A stretch of 64,000 bases of DNA from an uncultured Verrucomicrobiae bacterium (lineage in GTDB: Bacteria > Verrucomicrobiota > Verrucomicrobiia > Chthoniobacterales > UBA10450), in the NCBI GenBank assembly GCA_963735805.1, contig CAVTMK010000002.1:512001-576000 (forward strand), given 5' to 3'. How positions within the stretch are numbered: position 1 is the first letter of the stretch; every line of letters begins with the position of its first letter. Shown one piece after another: positions 21,284 to 31,499 of this stretch. Both the position numbers and the translations under genes were made by a program. The notes under the pieces were generated by a model. The model made no database searches, was not told the DNA's origin, and worked only from the letters and a program-made list of their open reading frames with translations.

Positions 21284-22771
21284 CTAACGACTATCGACCG
21301 GCTTTACCAACAACCCTTGGCCAGTGGGCAACGACAAAATCTTAATTCCCTTTTCCTTTGCGAAACGATCCATCGCAACTTTCTGCGAGAGGTATCCGTA
21401 ATAGGCATAGTCATCGAGCAGCACAAGTGCGCCCGGGACGAGGCGTTCCCAAAAGAACTGGATCGCTGCGATCTCCGGAGGTGAACAATTCATGTCGAGA
21501 TGCAGATAAGCGATCTTTTTCGCGCGAACCTGCGACAACGTCTCGGGAATCGATCCTTCGACAAGAGAGACGTTCTTCCATTGAGAAAAGTTCGCCCGCA
21601 CTTCTTCGATCCCCTGGACATAAAATCCCGATGCCAGGCTCTTTGTGTTTTTGTCCACTGCGCCTGAGACTTTATCTGCGGGAGAAACAAAGCGTTCATC
21701 CAGTCCACGAAATGTATCCAGGAGATAGAACTGTTTTGCCAGCGAATCCCAGTTCAGATAATCCATGATCGCCGAGGAGAGAAAACCCCGGTTCACGCCG
21801 CACTCTACGAAATCGCCTTCAAGTCGGGATGCGCAAGCTGCCGCCCACAAACCGACATGAACCCGCCAGTGCCATCGATAATCGTCGCCCGCCGCTCGAA
21901 CACCGCGCCCATAAGCTTTTCGATAAGCTGCGTCGTCCATAAATTCATGGTTGTGAATCGACCGCAATCCGTCCTGGTCGTAGACGTGCCCTTCAGCGTG
22001 TGAAACAATCTGGGAAATCGGAGGCTTTGTCGCGGCGACACTCTCTTCTCTCTTTTTCCCGAACGCTCGTTCGAGCGCGGCGTTCCATGTGAGCGGTTTG
22101 TTCTTGAACCAGCCGGAATCAAATTTTGGCGCAGCGAAAAGGGCCCACGTCTGCCTGGGATGTTTCCAATCCAGAAGTTCGAATCGCAAACCGACTTCTG
22201 CGGCTGCGTCGCGCAATGTCGTTGGCCTGTAGTTCACACATTCGGGATAGACCCAGCCATTGCTTTGCGAGTCCTTCTCGCCAGGCAGGAAAGTGGCAAC
22301 CAAAGCTCCATGTTCGGCAAGAGAGCGCGATATTGCGGCCAGCCAATTTTTGATCAGATCCAGTCCACCGTGACTAAAGATTGATTGGGCCACAGTGAAA
22401 TCGAATAAGATTTTCGTTTGCGCAATTACCTTCGGCGAATCGGAAAAAAAGAATGTCGGGCGTTTGATTTCCAATAACGCCTGGCCGAGCTCCCGCTTGA
22501 TTCCTTCCTCCACCAGCCATTCATTCGGCTCAACGCCAAAATACTTTCCCCGATTCAGGTACGGAATTAACAAGCGTCCGATCCGAAGCGAACCGCATCC
22601 GACATCGAGCAATGAATGATGCTGTCGCAGGCCCAGCGTTGTCAGAAGATTGAAGGTCATTGCCGCGATTAAATCGTAATCTTCCGGAGGACCGACAAAC
22701 GCTCGGTAATGCGAATCCCCCGGCTTGAGACCGACGCCCAAACTTTCCGAGTCGTCCGAAGGCAGCTCCAT
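21284..22771 (-). CDS. Two-domain methyltransferase (class I MTase + TylF/MycF/NovP-like O-methyltransferase)
   Basis: N-half LLDVGCGSLR; C-half GDFVECGVNRG, DTFRGL, LHLDMN, LLDDY. Confidence 0.8.
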   Translation of the reverse strand: MELPSDDSESLGVGLKPGDSHYRAFVGPPEDYDLIAAMTFNLLTTLGLRQHHSLLDVGCGSLRIGRLLIPYLNRGKYFGVEPNEWLVEEGIKRELGQALLEIKRPTFFFSDSPKVIAQTKILFDFTVAQSIFSHGGLDLIKNWLAAISRSLAEHGALVATFLPGEKDSQSNGWVYPECVNYRPTTLRDAAAEVGLRFELLDWKHPRQTWALFAAPKFDSGWFKNKPLTWNAALERAFGKKREESVAATKPPISQIVSHAEGHVYDQDGLRSIHNHEFMDDAAYRKAYGRGVRAAGDDYRWHWRVHVGLWAAACASRLEGDFVECGVNRGFLSSAIMDYLNWDSLAKQFYLLDTFRGLDERFVSPADKVSGAVDKNTKSLASGFYVQGIEEVRANFSQWKNVSLVEGSIPETLSQVRAKKIAYLHLDMNCSPPEIAAIQFFWERLVPGALVLLDDYAYYGYLSQKVAMDRFAKEKGIKILSLPTGQGLLVKPVDSR

Positions 22772-22772
22772 A

Positions 22773-24315
22773 TTACTTCAGTCGTTTCAGCGTGACGGGA
22801 TCGAAATCTTTCAACCCGTCCTGTGGTTTATCGGGAAATCCAACGACGCCACGTGACCGGTCGAATTGATAAATGCGCGTCCGTGGGCGCTCGCGGAACG
22901 GGAACGCGCGAAGCTTGTCCCCATCGAGAGCGTCCTCCGCGCCCGGGGCCTTGCATGCTTGCACGGCCAGAGCATACAAATCGTTCTTGATATGAGGAGA
23001 CGATCCGACGCAGTTCGATAGCTCGTTCGGGTCTCGCTTGACATTAAAGAGCTGTTCCCGGCCGCCGTTTGCCATGAAAATGTATTTCCACTCATCGGTA
23101 GCGACCATGACTTTGAAATTCTGCGAGCCGGGAATTTCAATCATGCCGACAAGATATTCGCGCGGCGCGGCTTGGCCTCGGAGCATTTTCAGAACATTCA
23201 CCCCCTCCCGCACGTCGCAGTCACCGCCTGCTTCGGTCGCGATTCCAAACAAGTCCGCAAGGCTGATTAATTCATTCCGGATGGAACCCGCCGCGAGGAC
23301 TGTCGGCCAACTGAGCAGTACAGGAACACGACAGGCGGCTTCAAAAAAGTTCTGTTTTTGCCAACCGTGATGATCACCCATCAAATCGCCGTGGTCGGAA
23401 AAAAAGCATATCAGAACATTCTCCGGATTCGGGCGTGCTTCGATGGCACTCAGGATTTGGCCAAGACAATGGTCCAGATAACTGATTTCGCCGTAATATC
23501 GCGCCTTTACGATTCGGGCCAGCGCCGGGTTGATGGCTTCCGCCCAAACGGCATATCGCATGAAGGGGATCTCTTCATCCAGATGATCTTCCTCCACGTC
23601 GCCGAGAACGAGATCAGGCATTCGATCTGGATCTGTACATCCGATTGAAAGGAATTGGCGGAGCGAGCGGCGGGTGCGGGCCCACAAAGGATACAAATCC
23701 GAAAAAAGGCCGTGAATTATCTGACTTCGTAATTTCCTGCGCCGCGCAGCCGGCGGCCCACCATTCGGCCCCTAACTCGGCTGGAAGCGGACTGCGCTGC
23801 GGCAGGTAATACATCTCGGTGCGTTCCCCCAAAGGTTGCTCCAGAAAATCGAACGCTGGATGTTCCCGCGTCAGCCATGATCCGTAGTCGTCGCCTTCAC
23901 GCGCTGGCGGATGATAGGTCTCTTCACTGCGCCACAGCGTTTCGTAACCGACATCTTCATTCCAGGGATATGTATGAAACTTTCCCACTCCAAATGTCCG
24001 GTACCCCATGCGCGACATTGTCCGCCCGAGATACGGTCCACAACGCGCTTCCATTTCAGCAGCCTGCCCCTTAGCCGGCTTCGGTATTGCATTGCTAAAG
24101 GCACGCGTAGTTACCGGTTCGCATCCTGTACGGATCGTGTACCGCGAGGGAATACAAATCGGGCAGGTAGCGTATGCCCTGGAAAAGCTGATGCCTCTGC
24201 ACACCAACCGATCGAGATTAGGAGTATAAATGTGCGAATTACCAAGCGCAGCGATGGTATCAAATCGCTGCTGATCCGTCATAATGAACAAGATGTCGGG
24301 CCGCGTTACTGACAT
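22773..24315 (-). pseudogene. Sulfatase split by a 1-nt frameshift (pseudogene or sequencing error)
   Basis: PDILFIMTDQQR, CIPSR (CxPxR), GKFH, PHPP in one frame; YYGEISYLD, SDHGD in another; an extra base at 23634 breaks FNRMY-DPDRMP. Confidence 0.85.
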
Positions 24316-24455
24316 TTTTTGTCTCAAGCGGAGTTCGCGGGCAGCTGGCGTGGTCTGGTCAATGCGGAAAAATGCTCAACAACGAGAAGTCTAGAAACAG
24401 ACCTGTTAAAAGAACAACCAAAACCCAAATGGGATTGTTAACTCCTCGCCTCACC

Positions 24456-25352
24456 TTAACTGGTTGCGAGTTCGTTATCCGTCAGGCGACGGAACGCTTC
24501 CAGATATTTCGCGGACGTTTTTTCGATCACATCTTTCGGCAGGCGCGGCGCGGGCGGAGTCTTGTCCCAGTCGAGCGTCTCCAGATAATCGCGTACGAAT
24601 TGTTTATCGAAACTGGGCGGGCTTTGGCCAACCGCATATTCGTCCTTCGGCCAGAAGCGTGAAGAATCTGGCGTCAGGCATTCGTCAATCAACAGCAAAT
24701 CGTCATCGACCATGCCAAACTCGAATTTTGTGTCTGCGACGATGATTCCCTTTTGCGCCGCGTGTTCGCGGCCGCGCGAATAAATTTCGAGGCTTAACGT
24801 TTTTACACGATTGGCAACTTCGTCGCCGAGAATCTGAGCGCATCGTTTCATGTCGATGTTCTCGTCATGACCTTCCTCAGCCTTTGTCGAGGGCGTGAAA
24901 ATTGGCTCCGGCAATTGCGACGCCAGCTTTAGTCCAGCGGGCAGCTCGATTCCACAAACGCTCCGAGACTCCTGATATTCTTTCCAACCGGAACCGGCTA
25001 GATAACCGCGCACCACGCATTCGACTGCGAGCGGCTTGGTTTTCCTTACGATCATTGATCGCCCGGCGAGTTGTTCGCGGAATGGCTGCAACTCCTTCGG
25101 GAACTGTTCGAAATCCGCTGTAACAAAGTGATTCTTTATCTTGTCGAAACGGTTGAACCAAAACGCGGAGATTTGATTGAGAACGGCGCCCTTGTGCGGA
25201 ATTGGGTCGGGGAGGATTACGTCGAAAGCCGAAATTCGGTCCGTTACAACGAAGAGCAGCGTCTCACCGAGATCGAAAACTTCACGCACCTTGCCGCTGC
25301 GCAGTTTTTTGATTCCGGGAAGCTCAATGGACGATTGTGTGGTGATCTGCAT
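24456..25352 (-). CDS. purC: SAICAR synthetase
   Basis: SGKVRE, TDRISAFD, ECVVRGYLAGSG, ADTKFEFG, TPDSSRFW, SFDKQFVRD. Confidence 0.96.
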   Translation of the reverse strand: MQITTQSSIELPGIKKLRSGKVREVFDLGETLLFVVTDRISAFDVILPDPIPHKGAVLNQISAFWFNRFDKIKNHFVTADFEQFPKELQPFREQLAGRSMIVRKTKPLAVECVVRGYLAGSGWKEYQESRSVCGIELPAGLKLASQLPEPIFTPSTKAEEGHDENIDMKRCAQILGDEVANRVKTLSLEIYSRGREHAAQKGIIVADTKFEFGMVDDDLLLIDECLTPDSSRFWPKDEYAVGQSPPSFDKQFVRDYLETLDWDKTPPAPRLPKDVIEKTSAKYLEAFRRLTDNELATS

Positions 25353-25360
25353 ACGCAAAT

Positions 25361-25449
25361 GCTCAACGTTCAACGCCCAACTTTCAACGTCCAATTCAGA
25401 ATCTCGTCGTTTGGCGTTGGACGTTCAGTGTTGAGCGTTGGACGTTGAA
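25361..25449. repeat. Inverted arrays of tandem heptamers
   Basis: GCTCAAC GTTCAAC GCCCAAC TTTCAAC GTCCAAT, then complementary units such as GTTGGAC, GTTGAGC, GTTGGAC, GTTGAAT. Confidence 0.8.
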
Positions 25450-25456
25450 TTCCTTT

Positions 25457-26626
25457 ATGGCCGGAATCGTGATCAAACCGCGGGCGCGTATTATGCACGG
25501 CCACGACTGGGTATTCTCCAATGAGGTCCTGAAGGTTTTTGGAAATCCGGCAGACGGCGATGTCATTTCACTCAAAGATGGAAAAGACCGCCTTATCGGC
25601 AGTGCGATTTACAACTCCCGATCACAAATTGTGGCGCGCAGATTCTCGCGGCGGAAACAGGGTCTGGATCTGGATTTCTTCAAACGCCGAATCGCACAAG
25701 CCTCCGAATACCGCACTCGACGAGGGATCGATCCAAAGCTTTGTCGTCTTGTCTGGAGCGAAAGCGACGGACTGCCAGGACTAATCATCGACAGATACGC
25801 CGATCATCTGGTAATGCAGACGCTGACGTTGGCGATGGATATGCGGAGAGATTCGATCGCTGATGCGATTACCGATTTTTTTGGAGACGTCACAATCATT
25901 GAACGAAATGACGCTCCGGTGCGCAAGGCGGAAGGATTGGAGCTGCGCACGGGTGCTTTGCGCGGGAATGCGCCATCGCAAATCCAGATCGAAATCGAAG
26001 GAGTAAAGTTGGAAGTCGATCTTCTACACGGACAAAAGACCGGATTCTATCTCGACCAAAAACATAACTACGCGATCGTCGCCGGATACGCGCGCGACCG
26101 GCGCGTGCTGGATTGTTTCTCGAATCAAGGCGCATTTGCACTGGCGTGTGCGCGTGCAGGTGGCGCGGACATCACCGCGATTGAAGAAAGTTCCGAGAAC
26201 ATCGCAACGGCGAGACAAAATGCCACGCGTAACGATTTGACAGTGCAATGGATCGAGCGGGATGCTTTTCAATTCCTGCGCGCGGCCGAAAAAGCCGGGG
26301 CCCAGTACGATTTGATTATTCTCGATCCACCGTCGTTTACAAAGGCAAAGAGCGGATTGGGCGATGCATTGCGCGGTTATCGAGAACTGCACATGCGCGC
26401 TTTCAAGCTTCTATCCAAGGACGGTATGCTGGCCACTTTTTCGTGCTCCCATCACGTGAGCGATACCGCATTTTCACAAACAATCGCGGACGCACTTGTC
26501 GACGCCCGGCGTTCAGCGCGGCGGTTGCGCCGGTTCGAGCAGGCGCCGGATCACCCCGTGGTTCCGACGATTCCTGAAACGGAGTATTTCAAGGGTTTCC
26601 TCCTCGAAATGATGCCGGGACGATGA
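25457..26626 (+). CDS. RlmI/YccW-family rRNA m5C methyltransferase
   Basis: PUA-like GHDWVF, SESDGLPGLIIDRY, GQKTGFYLDQ, DLIILDPPSF, FSCS, ETEYFK. Confidence 0.9.
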   Translation: MAGIVIKPRARIMHGHDWVFSNEVLKVFGNPADGDVISLKDGKDRLIGSAIYNSRSQIVARRFSRRKQGLDLDFFKRRIAQASEYRTRRGIDPKLCRLVWSESDGLPGLIIDRYADHLVMQTLTLAMDMRRDSIADAITDFFGDVTIIERNDAPVRKAEGLELRTGALRGNAPSQIQIEIEGVKLEVDLLHGQKTGFYLDQKHNYAIVAGYARDRRVLDCFSNQGAFALACARAGGADITAIEESSENIATARQNATRNDLTVQWIERDAFQFLRAAEKAGAQYDLIILDPPSFTKAKSGLGDALRGYRELHMRAFKLLSKDGMLATFSCSHHVSDTAFSQTIADALVDARRSARRLRRFEQAPDHPVVPTIPETEYFKGFLLEMMPGR

Positions 26627-26741
26627 TGCTGAAGTTTTGAATCAAAAATTTTCGCGCGTGTTCAACGAAATATCTGGAATTCTCAAGTAAGGCATTTAAT
26701 ATGCCGCTCAGCGAGCCCCGGACGGCGAGTCCTGATTTGTC

Positions 26742-27359
26742 ATGGCAGAAAAAATTCGACCTGTTGAACAAATGCTCGAACTGAGCGAGGACGAGCTCTC
26801 TCCCGAGCATCTGGATTCGCAAGTACAGAAAGCGCAGGACCAGCTGCTCCAGCTCAAACGGCAACAGGAGCAGATCGAGAAACAAAAGCGCGAGCTGGAA
26901 GAACTAAGTCGTCGACAGGAGGAATTGGAGCACGGTCGCGGGGAGATGGCCGATAAACTGACTCGCTCGCTTGTTGTGCTTGAGCGCGAGGCATACAACG
27001 CGCAAAGCCGCCTGGAACAGATCCGCGCAGCCCGGGAGAGTTTCGGTCAGCATTTGGAATTAATTGAAGCGATCGATCCCAAAGGTTGGGATCCCTCAGA
27101 TTTGCACAAGGAATTGAGCCGGGCCTTGAGCACGGTGGATGAGGCGCGCACGGTGTACAACGAACAACGCAGCCGGTTGCAGGCAGCGGGTGGAAATGAG
27201 GGGGAGGCGTCACTGCCTGACGTCGTTAACGATGGCTACGAGAGCAACGGCGGACGTTCGTTTGTGCAGTGGTTCCAGATTGGCGTCGCACTCACTTTGC
27301 CGCTGATTATCTTTGGCGCTGTTGCCCTCGCCCTTTTCGTTTGGCTGGCGAGCAAGTGA
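26742..27359 (+). CDS. Coiled-coil protein with C-terminal membrane anchor
   Basis: E/Q/R-rich heptads and a terminal hydrophobic helix. Confidence 0.75.
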   Translation: MAEKIRPVEQMLELSEDELSPEHLDSQVQKAQDQLLQLKRQQEQIEKQKRELEELSRRQEELEHGRGEMADKLTRSLVVLEREAYNAQSRLEQIRAARESFGQHLELIEAIDPKGWDPSDLHKELSRALSTVDEARTVYNEQRSRLQAAGGNEGEASLPDVVNDGYESNGGRSFVQWFQIGVALTLPLIIFGAVALALFVWLASK

Positions 27360-27715
27360 TGGCGATGTTTCGTCGTTTGCCCAAGCCCAGTCCCGCGCTT
27401 CGCCGCAGGCACGAAGAAATTGCGCGACAGGAAGCGGAACTGCGTGAGAGGCTGGAAAAACTCGAGCGGCTTGTTGCAAAGGTGCCGGTGATCGAAAAAA
27501 ACCGCGCGAACCAAGAACCAAAAGATAATCGGAGCGGTCGACGATTCCGTGTCTCGCTTGGGGCGCAAGGCAGAGCCTCGACGGATGAGAGCAGAAGCGC
27601 CCGGCGCCCTCGGGCGTTGCGCAAAGAGCGGCGGGAAGGCCAAATCATTTTCCTCCTTCTTGCGGTTGCGCTGGCCGTCGCTGTCATCTGGCTGATCAGC
27701 AACCTGCATTCTTAA
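27359..27715 (+). CDS. Small basic coiled-coil protein with C-terminal TM
   Basis: ATG overlaps previous TGA; HEEIARQEAELRERLEKLE; IIFLLLAVALAVAVIWLI. Confidence 0.65.
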   Translation: MAMFRRLPKPSPALRRRHEEIARQEAELRERLEKLERLVAKVPVIEKNRANQEPKDNRSGRRFRVSLGAQGRASTDESRSARRPRALRKERREGQIIFLLLAVALAVAVIWLISNLHS

Positions 27716-27724
27716 ACGACAACC

Positions 27725-28015
27725 ATGGCGGCGGCTTCGGATCTCGATGTTGGGTACGTCGCCATACTGGCTCGGATTAATCTGACTGAAGGGGAAGCAA
27801 ACGCTTTCCAGAAGCAACTGGACGATGTACTGAAGTACGTCGAAAAACTCCGCCGGGCGGATGTAAGTCATGTCGAAGCGGCTGCGCATGCCCTTCCAAT
27901 TTTCAACGTTTTCCGCGAGGACGCGCCGGGCGGCTGGTTCACCGCGGAACAGGCGTTGAGCAACGCGCCCCGAAAAGCCAACGGCCTTTTTATCGTCCCT
28001 AAAGTTGTGGAATGA
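27725..28015 (+). CDS. gatC: Asp/Glu-tRNA amidotransferase subunit C
   Basis: VAILARI, NVFRED, ALSNAP, FIVPKVVE; overlaps gatA. Confidence 0.92.
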   Translation: MAAASDLDVGYVAILARINLTEGEANAFQKQLDDVLKYVEKLRRADVSHVEAAAHALPIFNVFREDAPGGWFTAEQALSNAPRKANGLFIVPKVVE

Positions 28016-29481
28016 CCGAGAAGGACCTGCTGGCGCTGAGCATCGCCGATCTGCAACCGTTGTTGCGTCGGCGGGAAATTTCCGCGCGTGAAGTTATCGA
28101 TGCCCTGATCAGGCGCATTGAAGCCGTTGACGGACAAATCGGCGCTTATCTGTCGCTGGATTTTGAGGCTGCCGCTGAGCAGGCGGAGAAGGCGAATGTT
28201 AGTCTTCCACTGGGAGGCATCCCGCTTGCGATCAAAGACATAATTAATGTGACTGGTCAGACCTGCACGTGCGGGTCTAGGATTTTGGAAGGCTATCGGG
28301 CAAATTACGACGCCACCGTCACTCAAAAATTGCGCGCTGCAGGCGCAATTCCGTTTGGCAAAACCAATCTCGACGAATTCGCTATGGGTTCGTCCACCGA
28401 AAATTCTGCGGTCAAATTGACGCGCAATCCGTGGGACCTATCGCGTGTGCCGGGCGGCTCGAGCGGCGGATCGGCCGCCGCGGTTGCTTCCGATGCTGCC
28501 TTCGGCGCGTTGGGCAGCGACACTGGCGGCTCAATTCGGCAACCAGCCGCGCTTTCCGGTGTTGTTGGGTTCAAGCCGACGTACGGCCGGGTTTCGCGAT
28601 TCGGTCTCGTTGCATTTGCTTCGTCGCTCGATCAAATCGGGCCGTTGACGAAAACGGTGCGCGACACCGCTCTCATCATGAACGCGATCGCGGGTCACGA
28701 TCCGCAAGACAGCACATCTCTCAACGAGCCCGTGCCTGATTACGCCGCAAAGCTCGGAAATGATTTGCGGGGAGTCCGGTTGGGCTTGCCAGAGGAATAC
28801 ATGATCGAAGGGATAGATCCACAGGTGAAAACTGCTGTTAACGCTGCGGTGAAGCAGTTGAATTCGTTAGGCGCTGAGATCGTCGATGTCTCTCTGCCCC
28901 ATACTGATTATGCGGTTTCGGTCTACTATACCCTGGCCAGCGCTGAAGCCTCAGCCAATCTCGCTCGTTTTGACGGCGTGCGTTATGGATTTCGGGCGGA
29001 CGATCCCAAAGACATGCTCGATCTTTATAGCCGTACTCGGAAAGAAGGTTTTGGGCCGGAGGTGAAACGTCGCATTATTCTCGGCACTTACGTTTTGAGT
29101 TCCGGTTATTACGACGCCTACTACTTGCGGGCGCAAAAGGTGCGGGAGTTGATCCGCCAGGATTTCGCGAAGGCCTTCGAGAAAGTCGATGCGTTAATTT
29201 CGCCAACCTCGCCGGTGCCCGCATTCAAGTTAGGCGAACGCACCGCAGATCCGTTGCAAATGTATCTTGCAGACATCTTCACCATTGCAGCGAATCTTGC
29301 TGGAATTTGCGGAATCAGTGTGCCCTGCGGTTTCGCAAAAGTGAATGGTCATCGTCTGCCGGTCGGCCTGCAGTTGTTAGGCAAACCGCTGGATGAAGCC
29401 CGCATTTTGCAAATTGCTCACGCGTACGAGCAAAGCACAGACTGGCACAAGGCGCGCCCACCTATCGCATCGGCGAAATGA
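28012..29481 (+). CDS. gatA: Asp/Glu-tRNA amidotransferase subunit A
   Basis: GKTNLDEFAMGSSTE, PGGSSGGSA, GSDTGGSIRQP, EVKRRIILGTYVLSSGYYDAYY. Confidence 0.96.
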   Translation: MTEKDLLALSIADLQPLLRRREISAREVIDALIRRIEAVDGQIGAYLSLDFEAAAEQAEKANVSLPLGGIPLAIKDIINVTGQTCTCGSRILEGYRANYDATVTQKLRAAGAIPFGKTNLDEFAMGSSTENSAVKLTRNPWDLSRVPGGSSGGSAAAVASDAAFGALGSDTGGSIRQPAALSGVVGFKPTYGRVSRFGLVAFASSLDQIGPLTKTVRDTALIMNAIAGHDPQDSTSLNEPVPDYAAKLGNDLRGVRLGLPEEYMIEGIDPQVKTAVNAAVKQLNSLGAEIVDVSLPHTDYAVSVYYTLASAEASANLARFDGVRYGFRADDPKDMLDLYSRTRKEGFGPEVKRRIILGTYVLSSGYYDAYYLRAQKVRELIRQDFAKAFEKVDALISPTSPVPAFKLGERTADPLQMYLADIFTIAANLAGICGISVPCGFAKVNGHRLPVGLQLLGKPLDEARILQIAHAYEQSTDWHKARPPIASAK

Positions 29482-29531
29482 TTTGCCGGACACGCGGCCA
29501 GGCGGAAGCAAGAGCAAAAAGGGCGTTCCCG

Positions 29532-29568
29532 GTCATTTCTGATCCCGCAGTCGCGGGAGAAGAATCTC
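29532..29568. repeat. Degenerate family A REP-like arm
   Basis: GTCATTTCTGATCCCGCAGTCGCGGGAGAAGAATCTC. Confidence 0.5.
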
Positions 29569-29703
29569 AGTGCTCCCTGACCACCCGAAAATAATCAGAG
29601 ATTGATTCCGAGTTTTTGTGATCGCGGCGTTCCTGCGCAACCGGCTGTCATGAATGCATTACCGATTTAGTCTGGCGTTGTCGAAGGTTTTAGTCGGGAG
29701 TTA

Positions 29704-29813
29704 GGTGGATCGACTTCTCCGAAGGCGATGGCAAGTGGATCGCCGAAGGCGCAAGTAATTGGCGTCAAGCTGCATTCAATTTTGCCAACGCGTTGAGGAC
29801 AACGCGGTCTACC
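29704..29813. repeat. REP-like palindrome, GGTGGA family (family C)
   Basis: GGTGGATCGACTTCTCCGAAGGCGATG ... AACGCGTTGAGGACAACGCGGTCTACC; resembles the reverse complement of 31500-31573. Confidence 0.65.
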
Positions 29814-29888
29814 CAGGCAAACCAATGCGTCGAGGAATCGCCCTGGCTGCGCGAATTGAAATACATCAAAATACTGTTCGTCGGCTAT

Positions 29889-29916
29889 GGAAACTAAATA
29901 TACTGGATTAGTTTCC
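29889..29916. promoter_or_regulatory. Putative TetR autoregulatory operator
   Basis: Perfect inverted repeat GGAAACTAA-N10-TTAGTTTCC ending 24 nt before the TetR ATG. Confidence 0.65.
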
Positions 29917-29940
29917 GCATAGTGGTAGGGATATAACGTT

Positions 29941-30567
29941 ATGAAACGGGCACACAACCCGCAGCCGCGAAACCGAAAGCGCGATCCGAACCGCCAGCGA
30001 ATCGTAGACGCCGCACGGGTCCACTTTTTCAGTAACGGGTTCCGCAGTGTGACCATGGATGATCTGGCGGAGGAACTTGGCGTTAGTAAGAAAACGCTCT
30101 ACGCGCATTTTCCGGGTAAGTTCGATCTGCTTGAGGCTGTGCTGGCCGATAAATTAACGGGTGTCGAAGCGACACTGAAGGAAGTTACCCGTGCACACCC
30201 GCACGATTTCCCGGCGACCTTGCGCGAGTTGTTGGCTGGCACGCAACGCGAATTGAATGAGATCAAGCCGCCGTTCGTGCGCGATATGCGACAGAAAGCG
30301 CCGGACGTCTTTAAACTCGTTGAGCGCCGCAGAGCCGCGCTAATTCAGCGCTACATGGGAAAATTTTTTGTCGATGGGCAACGGCTGGGAATGGTGCGCA
30401 AGGATGTCCCGGCCAAACTGATCATCGAAATTTTGTTGGCGATGGTTCAATCGATCATGAATCCGTCGAAGATTGAGGAGCTCGGGATGATGCCGAAGGA
30501 AGGGTACACCGGGATTCTAAAGATTGTTCTCGAAGGCGCGCTGACAGCAAAAGGACGGAAAGCGTGA
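29941..30567 (+). CDS. TetR/AcrR family regulator
   Basis: HTH RIVDAARVHFFSNGFRSVTMDDLAEELGVSKKTLYAHFPGK. Confidence 0.92.
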   Translation: MKRAHNPQPRNRKRDPNRQRIVDAARVHFFSNGFRSVTMDDLAEELGVSKKTLYAHFPGKFDLLEAVLADKLTGVEATLKEVTRAHPHDFPATLRELLAGTQRELNEIKPPFVRDMRQKAPDVFKLVERRRAALIQRYMGKFFVDGQRLGMVRKDVPAKLIIEILLAMVQSIMNPSKIEELGMMPKEGYTGILKIVLEGALTAKGRKA

Positions 30568-31466
30568 ACACATCATTCGTTCGGGAAAATCGATCCACTC
30601 GCCGAAAGAATCGGGGACTGTCAGATTTGATGCGCGCGACGGGAGCTTTGACGTTACTTCTATTTCTCGCCGGTTGCGGCGGTGGTAGCAAGGCGGTTTC
30701 GGGAACCATCGAAGTGGACGAAGCGCACGTAGGCCCGCGCGCAGGCGGACGCGTCGAAAAAATTCTCCACTGGGAAGGCGATCATTTACACGAAGGAGAA
30801 CTGATCCTCCAGCTGGATGCTTCGGAGTTGCGAGCGCGTCGCGATCTTGCAGTCGCGCAAATCGACACTTCAATTCACGACGCGGACGCGCAGCAAGCAC
30901 AATTGGTATTCCTCCAGGATGAAGCGCGCCGCCAGCAGGGTTTACTTCAGCGGAAAGTCGTTTCTTCAAGTGACGCTGAGCGGGCAGACAGCTCGGCGAA
31001 AACGCAGGACAAGAATGTCGCTGCGGCACAAATGCGTGTCGCGATGTCGCGCGCACAACTTGCCGATATCGATGCACAGTTAGCGGAAATGCAGGTCGTT
31101 GCGCCGGCCGATTCCATTCTTGAAGTGCTCAGCGTAAAGGTCGGCGATGTCCTGCCGGCGAATCGGGAAGCCGCCACGTTGATCCTGACCGGGCATCTTT
31201 GGGTGCGCGTTTATGTTCCGGAGTCCTGGCTGGGTTTGATCAAACTGGGCGAGCACGTTCGCGTTCGTGTCGATTCGTTTCCGGGCAAAGATTTCGATGG
31301 CGTGGTGGAGCAGATAAATCGGCAAGCCGAGTTTACCCCGCGCAACGTTCAAACCGTCGCGGACCGGATCAGACAGGTGTTTGGGGTCAAGATTCGTTTG
31401 CCCAGCAATGACGATCGTCTGCGCGCCGGAATGGCCGCCGATGTCTATTTTCCAAACGTGAAGTGA
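30564..31466 (+). CDS. HlyD-family efflux adaptor (probable lipoprotein)
   Basis: LLLFLAGC lipobox, GTIE, AEFTPRNVQT, LRAGMAADV; start may be 30630. Confidence 0.88.
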   Translation: MNTSFVRENRSTRRKNRGLSDLMRATGALTLLLFLAGCGGGSKAVSGTIEVDEAHVGPRAGGRVEKILHWEGDHLHEGELILQLDASELRARRDLAVAQIDTSIHDADAQQAQLVFLQDEARRQQGLLQRKVVSSSDAERADSSAKTQDKNVAAAQMRVAMSRAQLADIDAQLAEMQVVAPADSILEVLSVKVGDVLPANREAATLILTGHLWVRVYVPESWLGLIKLGEHVRVRVDSFPGKDFDGVVEQINRQAEFTPRNVQTVADRIRQVFGVKIRLPSNDDRLRAGMAADVYFPNVK

Positions 31467-31499
31467 GCAATCGAAGAAAACGAATGAGGAGTGCAGGAA

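Noticed and set aside
25361..25449. CRISPR array
   Set aside because: 7-bp units without spacers and no cas genes
29667..30056. 129-aa antisense ORF upstream of tetR
   Set aside because: Overlaps tetR, its operator and a palindromic repeat; no protein motif
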